A DNA stretch of 64,000 nucleotides. Source: an uncultured Acidobacteriota bacterium. Its GTDB lineage: Bacteria; Acidobacteriota; Vicinamibacteria; Vicinamibacterales; UBA2999. Positions within the stretch are counted from its first letter, which is position 1. Every line of letters starts with the position of its first letter. A model generated the notes under the pieces. That model was not told the origin of the DNA and did no database searches. It saw nothing but the letters and a program-made list of their open reading frames with translations. Shown piece by piece: positions 57,328 through 64,000 of the stretch. The stretch covers positions 168,649 through 232,648 of the forward strand of contig CAWJVW010000007.1 in assembly GCA_963846425.1 (NCBI GenBank), given 5' to 3'. The translations under genes and the position numbers were made by a program.

Positions 57328-58098
57328 ATGGCCCGAGTGCGCTTGATCCACTGGAACGGACCCGAAGGGCGGGAGCGAACGCTCAGGCTCGCCTCCCTCG
57401 GCCACCACGCCGAGTTCGAGGATCTCGACGAGCCCGCAATGCTGCGAACGCTGCGTGCGAACCCTCCGGAGGCCTACATCATCGACCTGTCGCGACTTCC
57501 ATCGCACGGCCGGCAAGTCGCGATGGCCCTCCGCACGTACAAAGACACGCGCCACATACCCATCGTGTTCGTCGACGGCGATCCGCACAAAGTCGCGAGC
57601 CTGAAGACGTTGCTCCCCGACGCGACCTTCACGACCTGGGGTCGGCTCAAGACCGCGCTGCCAAGAGCCATGGCTCGTCCGCCTGCGGCGCCGGTCGTGC
57701 CGCCCTCATCTATCTACTCTGGCAAGCCAACCGTCGAGAAGCTCGGCATCAAGGCCGGCATGCGCGTATGTGTGCTTGGCGCTCCAAAGGGGCTGACGGC
57801 TACGCTCGTCCCGCTTCCTCCCGGCACGACGTTCACGGCCAAACCTGCGACAGAATGTGGGCTCTTCCTCGTTTTCATTCGGAGTCGCCGGGAACTCGCG
57901 GCGCACCTCGTCTCGGTCGCCCCCGTGGTGACGCGCCAATCCGTGTGGATCATCTGGCCGAAAAAGGCGTCACGCATCAAGACCGATGTCGATGCCAACG
58001 TGGTTCGTGAGGCGGCGCTCGCCGCCGGGTGGGTCGATTACAAGGTCTGCTCAGTTGACGAGACGTGGTCGGGTTACGCGCTCAAGCGTCGGAACTAG
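57328..58098 (+). CDS. receiver-like domain plus DUF3052 domain protein
   Basis: N-terminal CheY-like pattern lacking the acidic pair (VRLIHWNG...IIDLSRLPSHG...IPIVFV). C-terminal KLGIKAGMRVCVLGAPKG (DUF3052-like). Confidence 0.5.
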   Translation: MARVRLIHWNGPEGRERTLRLASLGHHAEFEDLDEPAMLRTLRANPPEAYIIDLSRLPSHGRQVAMALRTYKDTRHIPIVFVDGDPHKVASLKTLLPDATFTTWGRLKTALPRAMARPPAAPVVPPSSIYSGKPTVEKLGIKAGMRVCVLGAPKGLTATLVPLPPGTTFTAKPATECGLFLVFIRSRRELAAHLVSVAPVVTRQSVWIIWPKKASRIKTDVDANVVREAALAAGWVDYKVCSVDETWSGYALKRRN

Positions 58099-58264
58099 GT
58101 GCGAGGGGTGCGACACGTGCGCTGGGTGCGACAGGTACGGTGCGGTGCACGGGTGCACGGGTGCGAAGCTGCACGTGTGCACGCGGCACCTGCACCGCAC
58201 CTGTCGCACCTATGCACCGCACCGCACCTACCGCACCCCAGCACCCTTCGCACCCCAGCACCCG
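58098..58264. repeat. tandem-word inverted repeat (GGTGCGA/GGTGCAC arm / GCACC, CGCACC arm)
   Basis: Left arm is rich in GGTGCG/GGTGCAC words. Right arm is rich in GCACC/CGCACC words. CCTGTCGCACC occurs in the right arm and also in the reverse complement of the left arm (left arm reads GGTGCGACAGG). CCCTTCGCACC in the right arm matches CCCCTCGCACC, the reverse complement of the left arm, in the same way. Confidence 0.85.
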
Positions 58265-58266
58265 AA

Positions 58267-58761
58267 CTACACCCCTTCGTGTGTTGCTGAGATATTCACT
58301 TCCTGCTCTGCCAGATCACTCAACGTTTGATCGGCAGCTTTCTCCTCCTCGAGCGTTTCTTCCAGGAGATCTGCGACCTCGTCGAGTCCGAGCGTTCGGG
58401 CCCAGGCGGCGCACGTCCCGTAGCCGCACATTTCGTAGTGCTCCACCTTTTGGGCGCCCGCTATCAGGCCCGCGTCGCGGACAGCGCCGTCGATTTCGCG
58501 CTGCTTGAGCAGCTTCGATCCTTCCTCGATGATGCCCGCAATGCCCGCACAGTGCTTGCCCGAGGCTTTCCGGCCCATCGTCACGAACACGTCTTCAAGG
58601 CGGGTAATCTGATTCCTGGTTTCCTCCAGATGTGACTCGAAGGCGCCACGCAGCGCACCACCACTTGCCGCTTTGGCCATCTGCGGAAGTGCCTTGATGA
58701 TCTGGTGTTCAGCGTCGTAGAGATCTTGGAGTTCTTCAATCAACAAGTCCTGCAGCGTCAT
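58267..58761 (-). CDS. DUF892 (YciE/YciF ferritin-like) family protein
   Basis: LQDLLIEELQDLYDAEHQIIKALPQMA and EHYEMCGYG motifs. Confidence 0.8.
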   Translation of the reverse strand: MTLQDLLIEELQDLYDAEHQIIKALPQMAKAASGGALRGAFESHLEETRNQITRLEDVFVTMGRKASGKHCAGIAGIIEEGSKLLKQREIDGAVRDAGLIAGAQKVEHYEMCGYGTCAAWARTLGLDEVADLLEETLEEEKAADQTLSDLAEQEVNISATHEGV

Positions 58762-58771
58762 CGTCCCCTCC

Positions 58772-59581
58772 TTATTTCTCGTACTTCTCGCGATCTGCCG
58801 CAACACTGGAGTGCTGGGCACTTGAGCCCGACCGTTGCGCGCGACTGGTCTGTTGTTGCGACGCCAGTGTCTGCTGGGCGGCCTGTGTGTCGCTCGGGAT
58901 GACCCGCAACTGATTGATCACGTCACGAACTCCACGGACCTGCTCGGCGGTTTCTTCAGCCCGCCGTTTCTGACCACGCGTGCCCACAAACCCGGTCAAG
59001 GTCACCTCGCCGCCTTCCACCTTGATCGCCACTTCAGTCGCGTCTACCGCCCAATCGTCGGTAAGTCGATCGCAGACTTCATCGCGGATTCGCTCGTCCG
59101 ACCGGCGATAGTCCTTCGGGCCGCGTCCGCGGTAGTCTTCGCTCGACGCTGACCCCTGGTCGTGGCGCGGTCTTTCGTCAGGGCCAAAGCCAAGGCCTGC
59201 CCCGGACCGCCACGAGCCGAACTCGCTCCCATACCCGCCGGCCACCTCGTCACGATGCCAGTGGTGTTCACGTGCACGGTCACGGTCGCGTTCCCACGAT
59301 CCACGATTCCAGCTGGGGTCATGTTCAGGGTCGCTGTCCGACCAACGATCGGGCAGGTTCAACGGACGGTAGCTGCTGTCGTCGCTGAATCCGTGACCAT
59401 AGCCATGTCCGTACGAACTCGGCCGTCGGCTGCCTTCGGTGCGCGACAGCTGTTCGGCGTAGCTGAGGGGTGGCTCTTCGCGCCACGGCTCATCGTGGCC
59501 AACCCGGCGCTCGCTCACGTCCCGATAGTCCCGATATAGTTGCCGCTCACGGCGTCTGCCGCGCTTGTTTCGTCCATTCAT
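58772..59581 (-). CDS. BON-domain protein with a low-complexity R/D/S/W-rich N-terminal region
   Basis: C-terminal VAIKVEGGEVTLTGFV....AEQVRGVRDVINQLRV (BON domain). Start placed at MNGRNK. Confidence 0.7.
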   Translation of the reverse strand: MNGRNKRGRRRERQLYRDYRDVSERRVGHDEPWREEPPLSYAEQLSRTEGSRRPSSYGHGYGHGFSDDSSYRPLNLPDRWSDSDPEHDPSWNRGSWERDRDRAREHHWHRDEVAGGYGSEFGSWRSGAGLGFGPDERPRHDQGSASSEDYRGRGPKDYRRSDERIRDEVCDRLTDDWAVDATEVAIKVEGGEVTLTGFVGTRGQKRRAEETAEQVRGVRDVINQLRVIPSDTQAAQQTLASQQQTSRAQRSGSSAQHSSVAADREKYEK

Positions 59582-59872
59582 TACGCCGCCTCCGTTACCC
59601 TCGGCGCGGGCGAACCTCGACCGCGCACCCTTGTAAACATGACAAAGGTGCAAAGACTGCGCCCTCGCCCGCTCGCCATCCGGCGTGCAGCTGTGTCAGC
59701 TGTCAACGACGAGGTGTAGTGAAAGGCTCCTGAGCGGAAAAGACAACGCACGAAGACGGACGGCCCAGATTCGACACGGTAGCGCCGGAAAGAACTTTGA
59801 ATCGGTCTAGCGCGTCCAAAAAGTGTGACCGCCGAGCTTCGTGTGAACTGGGCGCGATGCGACACTTAGACG

Positions 59873-61879
59873 ATGCGTGGCCTACTACGCACTGACCTTG
59901 GAAGAGCCAAGCTGCTCCTGTATGCGTTCATTGGCCTTGGCGCGGTGGCAACGGTCTGGGTATCCAAGCAAAGCTATTCTGTCCACAAGCTCACCCGCGG
60001 CGTCGGCGACACGTGGTTCCACACTGCAGACGGCCAGCGGTGGTTTCGGCTGGACGAGCAGCGGCATGACGTCCCGATCACCGCCATTTCTCCTCATCTG
60101 CAAAATGCGTTCGTCGCGGTCGAGGATCATCGCTTCTTTCGGCACCCAGGTGTCGATCCCATTGCGCTTGGACGCGCGGTGTTCCGCAACTTTCGTGAAC
60201 CCGGCACGGTTGAGGGCGGCAGCACCATCACGCAGCAGCTGGCGCGCACGCTGTTTCTGTCCAACCGCAAGAGTTATGGTCGCAAGCTCCGCGAAGCAGT
60301 CATCTCTCTGCTGATCGAAACACAGCTCACCAAGGAGCAAATCCTCGAGCTGTACTTGAACCGCATTTACCTCAGCGCCGGCGTGTATGGTGTCGAGGCC
60401 ATGTCCCAACGCGTCTTCGACAAGCCGGCCAAACACTTGACGATTGCGGAGAGCGCGCTGATTGCGGGGCTTGCCCGGGCGCCCGCCACTCTATCGCCAT
60501 GGTCAAACCTCGGCGGAGCAGTCTCGCGCAGCCACGTCGTCCTTGTCCGCATGCGCGAGGCCGGGTTCATCACCGCGGCGCAGGAGCGCGCGGCAAGAGA
60601 CGCCAACATTCATGTGCGCCCATACCGCAGCCAGAGCGACGGCCGGCACGGTTACGCGAAGGACTATCTGCGGCAACGGTTTCGCGACAGCTTCGGCGGC
60701 GATCACCCGCCGGACTGGCGCGTGGACACGACGTTTGTCATCGCGCTGCAGGATGCCGCGGAACGTGCAATAGACGACGGGTTACGGCGCCGCGGCCAGC
60801 CCGATCTCCAGGCGGCTTTGGTGGCGATCGATCCGGAGACGGGCAACGTCCTGGCGCTCGTCGGCGGGCGCAATTACCAGCAGTCCGCGTTCAACCGCGC
60901 GTTTCGCAGCCGCCGCCAGCCCGGGTCGGCGTTCAAGCCGTTTCTCTTTGCAGTCGCACTTGCGCGCGGGTTCTCACCCGTCTCGACCTTGACCGGTCTC
61001 GACTCCATTCAGCCGCAAGGACCGGATGAGTGGGCGCCGAGAAACGTTCGCGACGGTCCGGCCGATGCCCTCACGCTGCGCGCCGCATTGATCGAGTCGA
61101 ACAATCGTGCCGCGACGATGTTGCAGCAGCGCGTGGGATCGCGACATGTCATCAGCCTTGCGTCGGACGCGGGGCTTCGCGACCTGCCGGACGTGCCGTC
61201 GCTATCTCTGGGCACGGGCCTGGTGACGCCGCTCGCGCTTACCACAGCATTTGCCATGTTCCCGAACGGCGGCCTTGCCGTCCGGCCTCGCGACATCGTC
61301 CGCGTCCGCGATGCCGATGGCACCATGGCGCAGGCCACTGATGTCGAAACCGAACGTGTGATTTCGCCGCAGGTCGCCTATCAGATGGTGTCGATGCTGA
61401 GCGACGCGATCGACCGTGGCACGGGATCGCCGGCGCGGCGGCTGGGCGTAACCTTCCCATCTGGCGGAAAAACCGGCACTACCGACGACTTCAAGGATGC
61501 GTGGTTCGTCGGATTCTCCTCGTCCATCGTCGTGGGCGTCTGGGTGGGATTCGATCAGCCAAAAACGATCGGGCGCGAGGCATACGGATCGCGGTACGCC
61601 TTGCCAATCTGGTCGGACTTCATGCGCCGGGCCGCCCGCGTGCGCCAGCCCGAAGCATTCGAACGTCCGGCCGGATTGCAGGACGAGACCCTTTGCGCGA
61701 TTACGTACCTCAAGCCGGTTGATGGCTGCCCTATCTACTCTGAGTTCTTCAAGGAAGGCGACGAGATGCCGACTCGCCTCTGCTCGCTCCATCGCGGCAG
61801 CATTCGCCAGCGGGTGGCGCGGACGGTACAGGGATGGGTGAATGAAATCGGACGTCGCGTGAGGGATATCTTCCGCTGA
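59873..61879 (+). CDS. PBP1A-family bifunctional penicillin-binding protein (GT51 glycosyltransferase / transpeptidase)
   Basis: EDHRFFRHPGVDP, GGSTITQQL, SAFKPF (SxxK) and KTGTT. Confidence 0.9.
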   Translation: MRGLLRTDLGRAKLLLYAFIGLGAVATVWVSKQSYSVHKLTRGVGDTWFHTADGQRWFRLDEQRHDVPITAISPHLQNAFVAVEDHRFFRHPGVDPIALGRAVFRNFREPGTVEGGSTITQQLARTLFLSNRKSYGRKLREAVISLLIETQLTKEQILELYLNRIYLSAGVYGVEAMSQRVFDKPAKHLTIAESALIAGLARAPATLSPWSNLGGAVSRSHVVLVRMREAGFITAAQERAARDANIHVRPYRSQSDGRHGYAKDYLRQRFRDSFGGDHPPDWRVDTTFVIALQDAAERAIDDGLRRRGQPDLQAALVAIDPETGNVLALVGGRNYQQSAFNRAFRSRRQPGSAFKPFLFAVALARGFSPVSTLTGLDSIQPQGPDEWAPRNVRDGPADALTLRAALIESNNRAATMLQQRVGSRHVISLASDAGLRDLPDVPSLSLGTGLVTPLALTTAFAMFPNGGLAVRPRDIVRVRDADGTMAQATDVETERVISPQVAYQMVSMLSDAIDRGTGSPARRLGVTFPSGGKTGTTDDFKDAWFVGFSSSIVVGVWVGFDQPKTIGREAYGSRYALPIWSDFMRRAARVRQPEAFERPAGLQDETLCAITYLKPVDGCPIYSEFFKEGDEMPTRLCSLHRGSIRQRVARTVQGWVNEIGRRVRDIFR

Positions 61880-61901
61880 CACGAGAGACAGGCCACGCCA
61901 G

Positions 61902-62142
61902 CCGCAGATTGCGCAGATTTCGCCGATTTGGAACTCGCTACAGAGTGCTCTCTGGCCGCAGCGCGGGGCAGAGACACATCCGTGAGCCCACCGCCGGTCG
62001 GAGACCGGCGGTCGGCGTGAGTGAAAGTGTCCCGATTGAAAAAGCCCAGAGGACAAAACTCTTTCAATCGGGACACTTTTACTCACGCGAGCGGCCTTCC
62101 CGCTGGGCTCACTCGTATCTGTGTAATCTGCGTCATCTGCGG
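61902..62142. repeat. nested composite palindrome (ATCTGCG-word outer arms, 9-bp and 25-bp inner stems)
   Basis: CCGCAGATTGCGCAGATTT pairs with AATCTGCGTCATCTGCGG. GTGAGCCCA pairs with TGGGCTCAC. CCGCCGGTC-GGA-GACCGGCGG forms a small hairpin. GTGAGTGAAAGTGTCCCGATTGAAA pairs with TTTCAATCGGGACACTTTTACTCAC. Confidence 0.85.
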
Positions 62143-62386
62143 CTGTTGTTTCTGCGTAAGCTGCGTAATCTCTGGATTAGACTGACGCACGCAACGAGCC
62201 CGTCACATGGCAATCAAGCAAGATAATCTGGAGCGGGTGGGGCCGCCGACGACGCCGTACCAGACACCAACTCAGAGCCGCAAAAAGCACATGAAGAAGG
62301 TCAAGGCGGCAGTGACGGCCTTGCGCCAGGGCAACGAAGCGCGACTGTCGGCGGCGTTTCTCAAGGATGGAAGCTTCGAAATCGAC

Positions 62387-62752
62387 TTATGAAGGCGTCT
62401 TCGCGTAACCCGCGACAATCTCGTCCACGGTGATCGACCAGTCAACGTTTGCCGACTCGATCATCAGGTTGTAGGAACGCGGATCGTCTGCGAAGTCAAC
62501 GGTGCCAGTGCCTTCGCCGCGGTGGTCGGCCACGACCTGAATCGGCCGTCCGCTCACAGCGCTGTGCACGGCCAGGCGAAACGTCCCGCTGGACGCGGGC
62601 TTTTCATTGCGAGCCTGCCAACCGATCCGAAGCCTCCCGGAATCACTGACAAACCCGATGGTCTGGTTGCCCCTCCCCTGCCACGTGCCCACGGGGCGAG
62701 TCACACTGACCACCTCTGGAAGCGAAGCAGACGGCGATCCGCATGACGGCAA
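62387..62752 (-). CDS. hypothetical small protein, probably a lipoprotein with an upstream non-canonical start
   Basis: The track ORF starts at TTG. The in-frame upstream codons read TVRWLWFLALLLLPSC (lipobox-like). No family recognised. Confidence 0.45.
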   Translation of the reverse strand: MPSCGSPSASLPEVVSVTRPVGTWQGRGNQTIGFVSDSGRLRIGWQARNEKPASSGTFRLAVHSAVSGRPIQVVADHRGEGTGTVDFADDPRSYNLMIESANVDWSITVDEIVAGYAKTPS

Positions 62753-62787
62753 CAGCAGCAGAGCGAGGAACCACAGCCAGCGGACGG

Positions 62788-64000
62788 TCAGCGCAGTCTC
62801 GCCGCGCGGCTCTTGAGAGTTTCCGCGAGCGAGCGCATCCGAGCCGCGTCGCGTCCACTTGCGGCGCCGGCGTCGCGATCCAGTTGCGTCGCGAACGTGT
62901 CGAGTTGATCCACGTCTGCGCGCGCCGGTTGCCGGCGGTCAGCGCGGTCGATTGCCGTTTTCACCGCCGTGATCCGGTCGGCCGCCAGACCCTTGCTCCG
63001 CGTGAGCTGATCGAGATACGCACGAGCGACCACGAACGCATCCGGCCACACGACCCGCGGCTGCTGCTGTGCGTTGAACGCGTTGACGCGCACCATCGTC
63101 GCCGCGTCGATCTCGTTCTGTGACAAGTGCTCGCTCGGCAAGAGCCGGAAGACGTCGATCCCGCGTGCGATCTCCGCGCCGTACACGTGACCGTTGTACC
63201 AGTACGTTGACCAGTAGCCGCCCGACACGAGCTGCTTGGCGTCAATCGGACCCCGGTCGAAAAAGGCGATCTCGACTGGATTTGACGAATCCGTGAAATC
63301 GAACACGGACACGCCGCCCTGATACCACGCTTGCACCATGATGTCTCGCCCCGGCACAGGGATCAGCGATCCGTTGTGCGCCACGCAGTTTTCCTGCTCG
63401 GTCTGTGCGGCTGGCAGCTTGTAGTAGCCGCCGAAGCGGAGCTTTCCGTCGACGATGTCGAAGATGGCGTCGGCGCCCCACGTCGGCAGGTCGGTCGCGC
63501 GGCAGCGAGGACGGCCGCCGCCTCCCCACTCATCGGTGAACACGATCTTGGTACCGTCGTTGTTGAACGTCGCCGAATGCCAATACGCGAAATTCTTGTC
63601 CACGACATGATCGAGCCGGACTGGGTTGACGGGATCGGAGATGTTCATGAGGATGCCGTTCCCGGAGCACGCGCCGGCGGCAAGCCCGAGTTCGGGGAAG
63701 ACCGTGATGTCGTGACACTGATTGGTCATCCGCGAGCTCTGCGAGCCGGGACCATGATCGCCGCCCTGCCAGAGACCGGCGATCGAGCCCGTCTTTGGGT
63801 CCGCAAAGATGCGAGGCCGATTGACGATGGCGGCTTTCTCAGGCGTCGCAAGCGGCACTTTGATCACGTCGATGCTGAAGAGCGCCGTGTTGGGATCCTC
63901 TTCGGGTTTCAGCCCTGAACAGCCGGCGAGCTCTTCGGCTGAGCGGACCGAGCTGGTCCCGGATCCATACACGTAGATGTTCTCCTTGTCCTTCGGATCG
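62788..64000 (-). CDS. beta-propeller protein with LVIVD-like repeats, 5' end beyond the window
   Basis: Repeated x-[IV]-x-D-x-[ST]-D-P-x-N-P motifs (ILMNISDPVNP, VSVFDFTDSSNPVEI). The frame stays open to position 64000. Confidence 0.5.
   Translation of the reverse strand, partial: DPKDKENIYVYGSGTSSVRSAEELAGCSGLKPEEDPNTALFSIDVIKVPLATPEKAAIVNRPRIFADPKTGSIAGLWQGGDHGPGSQSSRMTNQCHDITVFPELGLAAGACSGNGILMNISDPVNPVRLDHVVDKNFAYWHSATFNNDGTKIVFTDEWGGGGRPRCRATDLPTWGADAIFDIVDGKLRFGGYYKLPAAQTEQENCVAHNGSLIPVPGRDIMVQAWYQGGVSVFDFTDSSNPVEIAFFDRGPIDAKQLVSGGYWSTYWYNGHVYGAEIARGIDVFRLLPSEHLSQNEIDAATMVRVNAFNAQQQPRVVWPDAFVVARAYLDQLTRSKGLAADRITAVKTAIDRADRRQPARADVDQLDTFATQLDRDAGAASGRDAARMRSLAETLKSRAARLR

Noticed and set aside
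62207-62392. 61-aa ORF (MAIKQDNLERVGPP…) downstream of the nested palindrome.
   Set aside because: It has no recognisable family and no clear Shine-Dalgarno site, and it overlaps the convergent gene end. Support is too weak to call it a gene.

Overview
This is a high-GC (about 65%) bacterial chromosomal segment with dense, mostly housekeeping and catabolic gene content. Several families look Acidobacteriota-like (TPR Ser/Thr kinase, BlaI/BlaR1 pair, many secreted hydrolases), but that taxonomic guess is inference only. I support about 54 protein-coding genes. I found no rRNA, tRNA, CRISPR array, integrase, transposase or recognisable defence island.

Recognisable blocks:
- zwf/gnd.
- A CoA-dependent aerobic aromatic-acid cluster: aryl-CoA ligase, a fused FAD-monooxygenase/OYE reductase, an acyl-CoA dehydrogenase, a crotonase and a creatininase-RidA fusion.
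- A block of secreted amidases and hydrolases.
- An amino-acid permease fused in frame to an M20 peptidase.
- Three consecutive genes with twin-arginine signals: a MIOX-like HD oxygenase and two aminotransferase paralogues.
- A Kef-type antiporter, blaI/blaR1-like genes, a TetR regulator, ppk1, an ABC-2 exporter, purA and hutH-hutU followed by an Arch_ATPase-like gene.
- rnc with an N-terminal extension, a PP2C/HAMP phosphatase, a Cys/Met PLP enzyme, cutA, ftsB, osmC and a PBP1A.

The structure least explained by the genes is intergenic. At least ten gaps that begin at or shortly after a stop codon carry long imperfect inverted repeats. Each arm is a tandem array of a short word, and the word differs between loci. 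There is also a 62-nt element present twice and a triple palindrome phased at exactly 20 bp.

Caveats: all functions are inferred from motifs read by eye in the ORF track. Coordinates I indexed by hand for motifs may be off by 1-2 nt. Around 10861 my reading of the nucleotides and the ORF track disagreed by 1 nt, so I used the track for CDS bounds.
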